Shown here in pieces: positions 49,301 through 60,000 of a stretch of DNA of 64,000 nt. The stretch comes from a virus: IMG/VR virus record IMGVR_UViG_3300047471_000466, positions 15,248 through 79,247 of that record. One strand, given 5' to 3'. The position numbers and the translations under genes were made by a program. The notes beneath the pieces were generated by a model. That model ran no database searches. It was not told the origin of the DNA and worked only from the letters and a program-made list of their open reading frames with translations. Position 1 is the first letter of the stretch. Each line of letters begins with the position of its first letter.

Positions 49301-50702
49301 CCTGAGTAATAGGAGGGGCTTGTTCCTTAGGAGCTTCCGGCGACACGGCTTCTGGGGCGGTTACTTCTGGGGCGGTTACTTCTGGGGCAGTTGGGGCTGC
49401 GGGTGTTTCAGGTGCGGCGGGAGGTTGAAGTTTTTGTTGTTCTTCAATAAGTCGGGTATGATCGTCCAACTCGTCTTGTTTATCTTTCGTGAAAGTAGCG
49501 GGATCTTGGGCTTTCTGTTTCTCTAAATCGTCTCTACGTTGGATAACCGCAGCCTCGATTTCTGGCTTCGTTGGAGTAGCGGCTTCTGGAGGCGGTGCTT
49601 CGCCTGATCTAGCCCTCAAAGGCATACCATGCAAAGCTCCAAGTAAGGCGTTCTGTAAAGCAAACGGTGCGATTCCTCCCCCACCTTCCTGAGAAATTTT
49701 CTTGAAGTCTACGGGCCTGTGTTCGATAGATGCGTCGTACACTTCTCCAGCAGTGGCCATGACATAGGAGTCTGGAATTCCTTTTATAGCTTGACCCAGA
49801 ATAGTTTTCATCGCGGGGAAAATACCTACGGCTCCCATTGTTACCGCTCCTCGTCCTGCTCCAGTCGCCACGGTCTCTGGAGTTATCTGTCCTTTCTGCT
49901 CGACTTCACTTAACGCCCCTGCTCTTGCGCCGCCCAATCCACCGGTGATAACACGTTCCGCTCCACCGCCCAACACTCGGGCGAGTTTGGGGCTTTCTTC
50001 TGAAACTACTTTACCAACTAAATCTGACACTCCTTTAGCTTCTGCTGCACCGGTAAAGGCGGAAACCAAGAAGGGGATAAGTGTTCCAATTTGGTGAGCG
50101 TAAGGATGCGCTTTCGCATTAAGATCCATCTGCTGGCGATTACGATTATACCACTCATCGCCCATGATACTTTTCTGCGCGCTCTCGGCTAGTAATCCTG
50201 CGCCTAAACCTCCTGCTCCCGCGCCTAGGATCGCTCCAGGAATCGCACCCACCCCACCTTCAGGGGCTCCCGCCGCTGCTCCGATTACTCCACCAAGTTC
50301 CGCGCCCGCTGCTTGTCCTGCCGCAGGACCGATGCCACTAGCTAAGGCTCTCCCAGCGGTTCCCCAGAATCCTTCGGCTTCCGTAGGCGGCTGCACCAAT
50401 CCCGGAAGATCGGGGTGTTGTGTGTTGAATTGTTGCGCTGCAGTAGCGAGGCGTTGTTGCTCTGGATTCGAGGCTTCATTGAACTCTTGTTGCACATCCT
50501 GATTGTAGCCAGGAAGCGAGGAAGCATGGTCGCTTGCTACGCCTCTCCAATGTTGGAAGGCGGTGATCTGCTCGTTAGGATTTAACTGCGCGAACTCTGG
50601 AGCCGCCTTGATATCATCCCACGAAGGCGGCGGACCTGTTGGCGCGGGAGGTGGGTTTCCTTGCCAGTCAGGTTGAGGTTGCGGCTGAACGTCGTCATCC
50701 AT
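43317..50702 (-). CDS. Giant internal virion/DNA-ejection protein (polyvalent-protein-like)
   Basis: 2461 aa; Gly/Ala-rich hydrophobic N-terminal part, P/E/A/T-rich linker, HEALHH (HExxH) motif, VIEVQSDW motif; last of three consecutive ejection-type genes. Confidence 0.75.
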   Translation of the reverse strand: MDDDVQPQPQPDWQGNPPPAPTGPPPSWDDIKAAPEFAQLNPNEQITAFQHWRGVASDHASSLPGYNQDVQQEFNEASNPEQQRLATAAQQFNTQHPDLPGLVQPPTEAEGFWGTAGRALASGIGPAAGQAAGAELGGVIGAAAGAPEGGVGAIPGAILGAGAGGLGAGLLAESAQKSIMGDEWYNRNRQQMDLNAKAHPYAHQIGTLIPFLVSAFTGAAEAKGVSDLVGKVVSEESPKLARVLGGGAERVITGGLGGARAGALSEVEQKGQITPETVATGAGRGAVTMGAVGIFPAMKTILGQAIKGIPDSYVMATAGEVYDASIEHRPVDFKKISQEGGGGIAPFALQNALLGALHGMPLRARSGEAPPPEAATPTKPEIEAAVIQRRDDLEKQKAQDPATFTKDKQDELDDHTRLIEEQQKLQPPAAPETPAAPTAPEVTAPEVTAPEAVSPEAPKEQAPPITQEELANKINVPPESIARPEENVVQGGIAAGEVPEASPNENVVAKQDKFLDEYAQERGHESYAHMAAADPQEAIKAMQYWKQEFAPKLPTEAAKPTDEQRQAAEAQAKTLSTEILQKRLSEKDKGYHDIIQAELDRRANAGTAAPIPEKPTEPAAPTQTLEERIAAKTEAENAKARSIQEVEDKIPPDKPFPKDLVFKTRDRELAAKQAWLDHVQDPERDFTIQDLQKFGKDAGTKLYKAMWGEGGKTKHTVPLDEARKEITEGAPTQAETPEETERTAPEFIQQPEAPTEEAVTPHEQVLMDHGITDPKAALDRTNEIARKKGLPEKTMQDLAEAMQKAEKMTRQAPTDSGIAAGKTVRTESSVPINPIRVLENTQKLDNIGALDPKDPVGSGLRGLAEKGTAVQKFIAKLLLNSGIDTSKIKLSFDNKMAQKALYEYDGKHGFNIYLNLNSDHSASSIYGALLHEALHHVTVWKLLPGYVPNAHEAVAIQSLDRLLTRGRQAAWKESFGRTGTKEELAEFTKWLNNPNDTTVNLSHDQLFKLYDNYSKFYGLANTKELVAEITNPELVDFLGRLPADTSIKGRALNLLHQARNMIMQLVSGRPVEQQDNIQKYFESVAALTQEAPTHVGKAEIGLRSNAIQQAESAGLSPDEIDRIKKGMIPAGNRFLYSMAPYNVETNRLGDKHTLPKSGEIDETAFAKVGGVNKPLNKAEIALYKTIVPQAFQNGKVNVRTLDQGLRTRGPTVETKKLGRTATDFNSQIGAINEGSRMRHEWFDNLTDKTQTSIANFVREYLHDPDSADTKSWLNQASEDHLGQAGAHTGDDQRFRQQAQRWAELQNIRAPKSTDAKYSFIGPKSEEHMPGYVEGLVRLPSKDIGYYDKAIDEANKVNYRGPHFGAEDRNVLSFYRGYEETLPDGSKAFHVIEVQSDWAQQERNRAEKLKDRLSKISISKPIAGDNYWSLYTADNGHLDYDTEEQAKAAEKKLIEQEHEARDPRQGNHPLLQVYESLALKAAIQHAKEIGASKVILSDAETAMMTEGHDRAYPVRAQVGDWVAGHLGNGDISDAAIVREPDIRVTKEGGGLAGLKEEAEKDDGKRNFKYVQVTPELLAEASKPLQDKGMRLHYDQTLPSAMEKITGQKGEAVDLGPHKSAEPRTSNTAIAYGIDNPKGGSPVFKDAEGNPKTNITGKSYDLVKTPDEFTLTDRLLIAAGLSPEELPKSKGKYAVIMRDAGVPYVGNFLGTHEQMAKDAQDILAKNPNAADERLDFLVKGKAVPSAEDFHLFRAKVSEIRREEVAARVKGDTAAAQAAYAKEQNWMQKVYNKTAEAGKSLQAVQGALDINTGDFFDLRSYFKMVYGKDFTPKQEEQVKQIVQATTEARVETLKNSIKMGQEIVKTAEGTTNELGKAAEGTKLTSAEKKAAKAAGVETKKDPTGKDTGQLEFGFDYDPADAGKKLSQYLNARFEAKPYRIGQKNLTIREVGNIWKFIKANYLDGTEYIRPEELVNDVASDLKIDRRVVQEAISAPKTVRAFEAERYKAQAQQRAIVQATKTFMDNADKGKVLSNLAKLWELPRTIAVVGHVNPALTHAGSLLFRPLSAGREELAAIPQAFRAAFLGGKNEKGVKMDAAAYHEKLMQDVMNADDYAYLTKQGLAAKVGTLEDMGQYNNYLGRIGVAGNRGMDTLKVLRMNVGQKEYKRLQGKDWFKELDQDNKDQVVKEAMSRINSETGTTTPGFTKIGNLLTGDWRTFLFAPRLEGARWQQMVVDPLRATGLFLKGTAATPAERYFRMAVLRRSAEMASTMVAALGVNAAILKAVNSDDKINWFDPTRSDWLAFKVHGQTVLAPSSFLAPLRLSLSVALSHVIPAENRQPYTDKIINYAMGKVTPSISDLVEIARAKQQYTGKPIEALQNLYENMGVKFSTPRNPKDPISLTHWALTKGPIPLAATVEGWSNAMDQQGIEPKLRDTIIGASLALVGSMFAVHQHPTPPEKNTNQ

Positions 50703-51737
50703 TTACGCAGTGTAGTATTGATCCTTGGGAGCAGGAGTCGGGGTTGGCGGTGGTGTCGGTTGTTTAGGTGCAGCGAACTGTGTTTCTGGAGACTGGTTCA
50801 TCATGTCGTTCAATTCGTTTCTATCAGAAGCGGCGGATGAAGCGGCCCCAGCATCTGAAGTTTTCGGGAAGAGACCATTCAAAAATGTTTTAGCATCCTG
50901 ACTGGTTGGCGCTGTTGCCGCTGGAGTACCGGTAGCGGGGGGCGCTGCGAGAGGCTGAGTTGAGCCCGGCAACCGAGCAACATCCGGCACTGTAGCATTG
51001 GACCATGCTGCAGCGTTCGCTGGTGCAGGGGTGGAAGGCGGGGGGACTTCTCCAGCAGGAGGTTGATACGCTGGGTTAGGTTGGCCGTTGGGAAGTTTTG
51101 CAAACGTCGATTCGATGCCTTTAACATAACCCGGTATGTCCGTTCCTTCCGGAGTGCCGGTGGGCAAGCCTTGGCCTTTCTTTAAGAGATCCCACACTCG
51201 ACCATATTGTATTGCGGATTCTACATGATCAGGAGCGTCTGGATTTCCGGCGGACTTTTGAAGGGCGGCATAGTTCTTAGAACCTGGCCCGTTATCTTTT
51301 AAAAATTTTGCATCTTGTGCTGTAATTTCCGGTTTTGGATTGAGCCGAGCGTTGTCGGCGGCGAGCATCTTCTGAATCTCTGGCACTTTCATTGCTTCAG
51401 GAAGTTTGCTCATGAGCCAGTTAAGTTGTTCCTTACGATTAGGCGCGTTCTCTGGGATAAGATTATACCCCTGCATAAAAAGCGCGGCGTGTTGAAGAGC
51501 TTGTTCCTGCTTCTGATCCTGATGCATCTTATACGCCGTTGTAAAAGCATCGTTAGCGGCCTTTAACCTTTCACCTTGTTCGGCCAAGGAATTTTTAAAA
51601 CTGTCCCTAGCCTCTTGGGCTTGATCTCTTTGCTGCTGTTCGGCTTCCTTAGCTCTAGCTTGACGCTGCTGTTCTTGGAACTGTTTGTTTCCCAAATTAT
51701 AATCGTATGCCATTCCTCCGCCGCCTCGTCTAGCCAT
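50703..51737 (-). CDS. Probable internal virion (ejection) protein
   Basis: Q/A-rich coiled-coil N-terminus and Pro-rich C-terminus; synteny. Confidence 0.55.
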   Translation of the reverse strand: MARRGGGGMAYDYNLGNKQFQEQQRQARAKEAEQQQRDQAQEARDSFKNSLAEQGERLKAANDAFTTAYKMHQDQKQEQALQHAALFMQGYNLIPENAPNRKEQLNWLMSKLPEAMKVPEIQKMLAADNARLNPKPEITAQDAKFLKDNGPGSKNYAALQKSAGNPDAPDHVESAIQYGRVWDLLKKGQGLPTGTPEGTDIPGYVKGIESTFAKLPNGQPNPAYQPPAGEVPPPSTPAPANAAAWSNATVPDVARLPGSTQPLAAPPATGTPAATAPTSQDAKTFLNGLFPKTSDAGAASSAASDRNELNDMMNQSPETQFAAPKQPTPPPTPTPAPKDQYYTA

Positions 51738-52681
51738 TAGTATCCTCCTTGGTATTGGTTGTTGTCCTTATTGGAAGACTGGCCTATAGCCGTCAATAGT
51801 TTTGCTCGTTCTCCTACAAAAGGATTATCATTATTCCCGGCCCCAGTGTTAATCCCAATCGAACCCCCTGTAGGAGTAGCTATCTTAGTTTGATTAAAGG
51901 GATTGCCTTGTTCAATTTCACCTACGGGAGCGTTGCCGTCCACTTTAGTTCCTTTTCCACCAGTGTCATAAGTGTTCGCTCCTGATCTAGCCGCGGCTAT
52001 TGCGCTGTTAAGCCAGCCAGAGGGAGTTGTCGGACCTGCTGCGCTTATGTCAACTTCCTTGGGGCCAAACTTTGTCAGATCAATGTTCTGACCGGTAGGG
52101 CTATTCCACCCCGGAAGAATTCCCCCGCCGTATCCTTCTCTCGAAGCATCGTCCAGCATATACTGTTGCGCCTGTTGAGTGGTAAGACGTTCTGCAGGAA
52201 TTTGCCCCGGAATACTGGTGTTTATAAATCGAGAAGTTCCATCTGAAAAAGTCGCGGTCATACCAGCGTCATTCCCGCCTTGTAATCCGCCGGATCCAGC
52301 ATGCCAATGATACCCAGTCATTTGTGGTGGGCCATGAAATTGATTTTGTAGTCCTTCTGCTTGTGCAGCGGCTCGATCTCGCCAGTCGTTATTCTTGTTA
52401 AGATTATCTATGTGATCTCCAAGAGCCGCTAAAGCGGGGTTATTAAGAGCTTGGGCCGCGGGATTATTTTGAAAAACTTGTTGCGGATTTAGCGGGCGTG
52501 GAGGACCAGTAGGGCCCGTCGCTCCAGTTTGTTTTTTACCTTGAGGTTTGGGCTTAGTAGGAAATAAACTTTCGTTAGTATGTTCTGGGCTGAAACCACC
52601 AGTATCGTCGTTCGCGTTTGGATCGGTAATGTATCCTTTTTGGATCGCGTCGTAAATTTTACGCTCGTAATTCTCAGCCAT
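51737..52681 (-). CDS. Probable internal virion (ejection) protein
   Basis: G/N/Q/P-rich low-complexity sequence; synteny. Confidence 0.5.
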   Translation of the reverse strand: MAENYERKIYDAIQKGYITDPNANDDTGGFSPEHTNESLFPTKPKPQGKKQTGATGPTGPPRPLNPQQVFQNNPAAQALNNPALAALGDHIDNLNKNNDWRDRAAAQAEGLQNQFHGPPQMTGYHWHAGSGGLQGGNDAGMTATFSDGTSRFINTSIPGQIPAERLTTQQAQQYMLDDASREGYGGGILPGWNSPTGQNIDLTKFGPKEVDISAAGPTTPSGWLNSAIAAARSGANTYDTGGKGTKVDGNAPVGEIEQGNPFNQTKIATPTGGSIGINTGAGNNDNPFVGERAKLLTAIGQSSNKDNNQYQGGY

Positions 52682-53622
52682 TAGTAATGTGACACCAGTC
52701 TAGGTGCGCCTCCGGGATGGCGGAAACGTAATGTGGGAACTTCGTCTACTGCATGCGTGTCTTTCAATTCTTCATTCAACACACGTATCGCTTCGTCATG
52801 ATACTGATTAGCCAACGACACATCGTTCTCCGACATATACTGGAGGGAATCCATTTCGAATCCTAAGGCGGTTAGATTTGTGATTTCAAGAACGTCCTCG
52901 TCGGATTCGTACTCGATATGCCGACGCTTAACGTAACAGATGGCGTTCACGGAAGCTTGGTTACTTAGCGCATCGTCATGGTAACGACGATAAAAAGTTT
53001 CCTGTTCCAAAGGCTCTATAATCGCCATTGCAGTAGTGGTGCCTCCAGACAAAGCGGTCAGGTAGTTAACTGTAGTTACAAAGGCAGACACTCCCATATG
53101 GATTCGTTCTATCCTTGTAAAAGGATTCGCTGTTATAGTTGTGTCGTTGAGAACTAACTGGATCGGCATGAAGTTAGTATCTCTGCCATAGATTGTTACA
53201 GTAGGAGCAACTGCTCCCCCAGGCAAAGTATATGCTAACTGTAGATAGCCGCCTAACGGAAGGTCGTGCATGATTGCCCAGCCGTCGCCGCGGCTTTGAA
53301 CGGTGTCCATCCCATAACCATGACGATCTAAATCTTGAACGGTAACTTTTGATTCAAGGAACTCATACCATCCGTTGGTTAGAACGCGCACACGATAATT
53401 GCCGTTGGCGTCTTTATCGATCTTTACACCTTCGAGCGTGCGGTATTGTCTCGGCAGAGTAAGGTCGCCATACAGCACTTGCAGCATGATGCGATCCATC
53501 GAGCCGTTGAATTTTCCATCGACTAGAATTCTTTCAATAGATCGATTGATACGATCCTCCAACACTTCCGCGGGGGCGTGTTGGGCTAATTTTTCCTTCG
53601 CTACTCCAAGAACTAAACGCAT
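52681..53622 (-). CDS. Probable head-tail adaptor / tail tubular A-like protein
   Basis: Helix-beta-helix layout (DRINRSIERI...LTLPRQYRTL...YHDEAIRVLNEEL); promoter TTGCAT-N17-TATGCT upstream. Confidence 0.5.
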   Translation of the reverse strand: MRLVLGVAKEKLAQHAPAEVLEDRINRSIERILVDGKFNGSMDRIMLQVLYGDLTLPRQYRTLEGVKIDKDANGNYRVRVLTNGWYEFLESKVTVQDLDRHGYGMDTVQSRGDGWAIMHDLPLGGYLQLAYTLPGGAVAPTVTIYGRDTNFMPIQLVLNDTTITANPFTRIERIHMGVSAFVTTVNYLTALSGGTTTAMAIIEPLEQETFYRRYHDDALSNQASVNAICYVKRRHIEYESDEDVLEITNLTALGFEMDSLQYMSENDVSLANQYHDEAIRVLNEELKDTHAVDEVPTLRFRHPGGAPRLVSHY

Positions 53623-53663
53623 ATGCTTGGACTCAGCATATTACATAGGAGGAGCTTATGCAA

Positions 53664-54854
<1,191 letters not shown>

Positions 54855-55012
54855 TAATCGCAACTGGAGGAGGCGGAAGAGTTGGAGCCTGTGGTTGGGG
54901 GCGAACATTGTAGGCGACATTGAATCCCATCGCTACTCCATTCCCTTGTTCAACTGCCTTCGTGGCTTCGTTAAATGAATCCGCAACGACCCCGAATACT
55001 TCCGTAGTCGTC

Positions 55013-55219
55013 TTATTTACTATGTAGTTTGTCATATGTTTCTTTTGCTTTCTTCCAGAAGGCGTCGTAGACGGCATCGGAAAAATTATTTAGTGCTTCT
55101 TTTCTTTTAGCACACGGCGAGTCTGGGCGCAACTGATTCGTTTGTTTATCGACACATCCAGTAGCGCGTCCTATTGCGTGGACCAAGGGATTCTTTTCTA
55201 CGGCGTCTCCAAGTTTCAT
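55013..55219 (-). CDS. Small protein with LGD...C...C..R...LN motif
   Basis: Start revised to 55219; promoter TTGCAA-N17-TATGCT upstream. Confidence 0.65.
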   Translation of the reverse strand: MKLGDAVEKNPLVHAIGRATGCVDKQTNQLRPDSPCAKRKEALNNFSDAVYDAFWKKAKETYDKLHSK

Positions 55220-55279
55220 TTTAATAAGAGAGCATAGCTGCAAGGCTTCAAGATTGCAAGGCGATCTTGGATCATTGTC

Positions 55280-56149
55280 TTAAACGCAAGGATTAGAATA
55301 AGTGACAGTCACCGTAATATCTATTGTACAAATTCCGTTGTCTTCATGCGAGTGACAGTCGTCCGTTTGATCTATAAGCACCCCGCCCGGGCAACCTCCT
55401 GAGTGCGACGTGCCACAATGCGTGCAGTAAAATGTATCATTGGTTATACACGTTCCATGACTCCAACCGCAACCTCCATCGAATGCGCAGCTAACCCAAC
55501 CAAAATGAACATCCCCGAATTCAGGACAGTTATGTGTATCGGATCCACCAGAGCAGAAGGTGGTTAATACACAACCAGGCTGTGAATATGTCGCGCTGGT
55601 TGTGATGTCGGTAGAAGAATGTTCTTCACCCGAATCAGTGCAATCAAGACTCCCTACTAGATGCACTTCTTTTGTTAAATACCAAACTCCATTATGCAAC
55701 CACCCACAACCACACGGCGAACCGCAAGGATTCGGGTCGCAGACTGTGCCATCGCCTAGGTAAGAAAAAGGCGGACCATACCCTTCACATTCGGACGTAT
55801 CCAAGAAACAAGAAAAATCATCGGAATCGCAACACGCTCCTTGTGTGCAATCCACTCCGTCACAAGGAGTGCCGTTACCAAGATAATTTCCGCCTCCGCT
55901 TTCGCAATGCGACTGGGTATCAATGGAACAATCGCCACTGTTACAGCAAGCTCCTGTTTGTGTAACCGGCGGCATCGGAACAATAGGAGCAAACCCAGGA
56001 CCTTCCCCAGGAGGAGCATCCGGCGTATGAACGGCGTACCCTCGATGCAAGTCTCCGTGCGTCGTGATGCCATCCTGCCCGATCATATTGAAATCGTTGA
56101 AGATTTTTTCCAGTTGAGTTAGACGATCTTGGATCATATTGGAATACAT
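55280..56149 (-). CDS. Cys-rich virion-associated protein (GACC repeat), paralogue B
   Basis: Two GACC..C..C..YLG.GT.C units; N-terminus similar to 56134..57012. Confidence 0.7.
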   Translation of the reverse strand: MYSNMIQDRLTQLEKIFNDFNMIGQDGITTHGDLHRGYAVHTPDAPPGEGPGFAPIVPMPPVTQTGACCNSGDCSIDTQSHCESGGGNYLGNGTPCDGVDCTQGACCDSDDFSCFLDTSECEGYGPPFSYLGDGTVCDPNPCGSPCGCGWLHNGVWYLTKEVHLVGSLDCTDSGEEHSSTDITTSATYSQPGCVLTTFCSGGSDTHNCPEFGDVHFGWVSCAFDGGCGWSHGTCITNDTFYCTHCGTSHSGGCPGGVLIDQTDDCHSHEDNGICTIDITVTVTYSNPCV

Positions 56150-57012
56150 TCGTCGGAAAGCGTTTCTGTAAATGTTCCCGATCCCGTTGTGATAGGGAAT
56201 CCGCCGCCTCCAGCAAATGTATCGGTCGTCGTCCTAGTCGTTGCTGTAGTGACTATGGATTCAGAACAACCAAACGTAGTTCCACAGCCAATACAGGAAC
56301 TGTCTCCAAAGGTTCCGCTAGTATCAAACGTGGTTACTAGACCAACACAGCTAGTGAACACTTCATGGAAAGTGTAATGTCCATTTGATGAGCTAAATGC
56401 GCAGGTGTCTGGATCGTAGTCAGCCGTGTACGAACTGGTTGGCGTGAACGTTTTATCGTCGTATCTAGTGTGAACTCCCGGCGAACCGCAAATAGCACTA
56501 TAATCATCGCGAGTGTTGTAAGTGCATGTGGACTCTTTATGTAAAAATCTACGCCCACTTCCGTCGAAAGCATCAAACCCACACATACAATCAGGTAAAG
56601 GTGGCGGGCATGGGTTAGGATCACACGGGGTTCCATCGCCTTGATAAGTCCCCGTGCAATCAGCGGAAGTGGTTATTGTGCAACTTCCATCTTCAGCGCA
56701 GCACGCCCCCGTTAATATCGGCGGGATTGGTGGTAGCGGAACAACAGGAGCAAATCCTTCCGGACCGGCGGTAGGAGGATTCCCGAATAACAAATAGCCG
56801 TGCTCTAAACTACCATGCGCCTGTATACCATTGTTGCCTGTAAGCCTGAATTCACTGAAGGCTTGTTCCAAGTGTTCAATAGTAATGTCGCCTTGTCCTA
56901 TTGGCGGAAGTTTTCCAAAGCCCCCGTCGATTAGTCCGCCACCAGAAACTTGGATATTGAATTCTCTTACCCTGTTCGCCAAGTAATCAATGCGCTCTTG
57001 TTCAGTTTTCAC
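56134..57012 (-). CDS. Cys-rich virion-associated protein (GACC repeat), paralogue A
   Basis: TGACC.EDGSC...C..TYQGDGTPCDPNPC; shared HG.L..GY and GFAP.VP segments. Confidence 0.7.
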   Translation of the reverse strand: MKTEQERIDYLANRVREFNIQVSGGGLIDGGFGKLPPIGQGDITIEHLEQAFSEFRLTGNNGIQAHGSLEHGYLLFGNPPTAGPEGFAPVVPLPPIPPILTGACCAEDGSCTITTSADCTGTYQGDGTPCDPNPCPPPLPDCMCGFDAFDGSGRRFLHKESTCTYNTRDDYSAICGSPGVHTRYDDKTFTPTSSYTADYDPDTCAFSSSNGHYTFHEVFTSCVGLVTTFDTSGTFGDSSCIGCGTTFGCSESIVTTATTRTTTDTFAGGGGFPITTGSGTFTETLSDECIPI

Positions 57013-60000
57013 TGCATGACTACAGACTTAGTCTGGCACTTCCACATATTTGGTTCCTTTTCCGGAACAACTGAAGCGTCGATAATTCTGAGAGTCCCTA
57101 TCCACGGCCCGCCTACAAAGGCCGGAATATTAAACGCACTGACATTAAATAAAGCCCCTTGTCCGGATCCTCCACTCCCTGGAAAAGGACCGTATCCGCC
57201 AGGAGGAAAGTTGCCCGTACCATTTGCAGAAAGAGACCCAATTATTCCATGAATCGTACCAACATCGTAAACAGAGAGAACGGTAGTTTGCATCGTGTGT
57301 CCTCTGCCGTCCGACACTGTAATAGTTTCACCAGCGGTATACCCTCCCGCCGAACCAGGAGTATAAAGACTGGCTATTTGATAATTTCCAGGGGCGAGGC
57401 CATTTAACGCTCCAGTGTATTCAGAGGCCGATGGAGTGGTGGCGGGATAACTAAGTATTCCAAAACTAAACCCATCATGTAACACGTTTCTGGCATACTC
57501 CAATCCCGTAAGAGCTAAATTATTGATAATTACATCACCGGTAACAATTCTATCGTAAGTAATCGTTGGAGTTGAACTTGAATTAACCCACCACGTTCTG
57601 ATCACATGTTCGACAAGAACCGCGGTAGCGGCACGAGTGTAATACCCTGTTCCTGAAAATTGAAGATACCCCGGAAATCTGTATGGCCGGAATTCTCGCG
57701 TAATCAAAGCGGTATCTACACTATAGTATCGCGCCGGTTTATTCGTAGTCGTGAGCAACGAACGCCAAGTATCTATAGATTTGACCTCGCTTAACCCTGC
57801 GTATCCGGTATCAGAAGAGGGAGCCGTTCCTTTGGGCACCACCTGTTTGGTTTCGCTGTACTGAACCCGCATGTTGTCGTCCCATAACAAGCTAGGTAGA
57901 GCGGGCCAACCCAACCCATTTAATTGTTGGGTTTCCTTCAGGCTCATTCCATTACCCAAATCCTTAACTTCCGATCTAAGAACAACAAGTCCCTCATCCA
58001 AACTTTGAGAACCTAAAGCGAGAGTGCGAAGAATATTTGTATCGCCCCCACCAAATTCCTTAGTCAATTCTAGATTTACGAATGTCTTCGGCAACGAAAT
58101 TCCGCTTCGCGTTTCAAGGCGATCACGATACACAAACTCGTTTACCTGTTTCTCAGTGTGAGAAATATCACCAGTACCGAGAATTGGAAGCGCGGCGTTT
58201 CCAGGAATTAAAGACTCAGTAATCCTAGTCGGAACTGAAGCCTTGAATTCTGGCGGCACTAAATCAGGAATCGTTACTTCAAAGGAAGGTTCTGTAAATA
58301 AATTTTGAACCGTCCCCACATTACTCAAAGAAGTATTGTTTCCAAGATTAGTAACGTCTGCTTCAATGGTTAGAGCGTTGGGAGAAATCGTCTGGATACC
58401 AGAATTAAACGTTTCGACAACCGTTTCAATCTGTTTGTCTCGGGTCATCTTGTAGGAAACCAAAACAGTACGAACCACGTTTCCTCGAGTTTTAAGACTT
58501 ACGCGTTTCCAGAATTCTTTTTCTTGGGTTACCTTGGCTTCTAAATCTCCAGTGCCAAGTACCGGGATTGTTACAGGATTAGGAGAAGGTAGAGTGGCCG
58601 AGGATTCCGTTACTGGTACGGCAACGCGAAACCGTTCTGGTAGAAAATCTGGGATCGAGACAGTAAATTCTCTTCTATCAAATACGTCTACCGTCGTAGT
58701 GGTAGACTTAAGCGAGGTATTATTACCAAGATTATCAACAGATCCTTTTAGAAGGAGTTCGTTAGGTGAAAGAGTCTGTAATCCTGCCGCCAGAACTTCA
58801 GTAACCGTGGCGACTTGTTGCTCGGGCGTGAGTTCGTAACTCACCAAGGAGCGGGGTAGCTGGCCTATATCGCGGCCTTTAATCATTAACCGATGCCAAA
58901 ATTCTTTCGTCTGTTCGTCCCGCCTCATCAACTCTCCGGTTCCAAGAGCAGGAGGCGCAGCTGCTCCGGTAGACGTGTACGTAGTGGCGAAAACAGGAAT
59001 GGCTACTTTAAATTTTAACGGAACTGGATCAGGAATTTCTGCTTCATAAACCACCTGTGGGAAAACATCAGGTATGGTGGTAACACTTTTTATTGATTCA
59101 TTGTTACCTAGTTGGATAACGTCGGCTTCGATTAACAAAGGCGAAGGCGTGAAAGATTGTAGCCCTCTCGCCCAAGTCTCTGTAGTAGTGGACAACTGTT
59201 GCTCTGGTGTAAGGCGATATTCCAGCAGGGCGATAGGGGCGACAAGAAATCGAGAGGTAGTAGAGACTTGGTGCTTGTATAACGTAGTCTGGTGATCCGA
59301 AGCATCCCAATTCACGTCCGCCAAAGACGGGACATGGGCTTGTCCTGCCAGAGTTTGGGATATTTGAACTGAGGGAAGCGCCCCTAAAAATTTCCTATGT
59401 CGATAAGGAACTACGGCGTCATCGCGGCTGACTTTGTAAGCGGTTTCAGGGAAGACAGAATCGACAGTGGCGTTTGTGGTCTTGGCTTTAGCTGTCGTCT
59501 TACGCTCTAGCTTCGCCGATTCAGTTAGGGCGGTAACAACGGGGAAATCTGGAGCGATATCTTCTTGTTCGGCAACCGTAACTTCTTGTTGAAATTGATT
59601 GGTCTGATCGCTGATGATGATCGGACCGGGTAGTCGTTCATATGTCCGCTGTATGCCGACAAACAAGGCATCAAGTTCTGGTTGTTGTAGCCGGATAACC
59701 TTATGGTCGGTGAGAAATAAATCCCCGTACACGGGGTCCATAGTGTCCGCGTCAGGTTCTTTACTCCGCTGGTCCCCTCGGAGAAATACATAGGTCCGAG
59801 TTATAGTAGGGTAGTCTTTACTGGCGTAAGGATAGCTGATCTCAAAATTATATGCGTTCTGATTGCGCCTTTCATTTACGTAATACCAGTTCTCCCAACC
59901 AATCTGATCTAGTGATTTAATCGTGGCGAATTTGAAGTCGCAGAATTTTTCTGCGTTCGGCCCGTCGTATTTCGATCCTTGAAGAGGAACTTTATACCCC

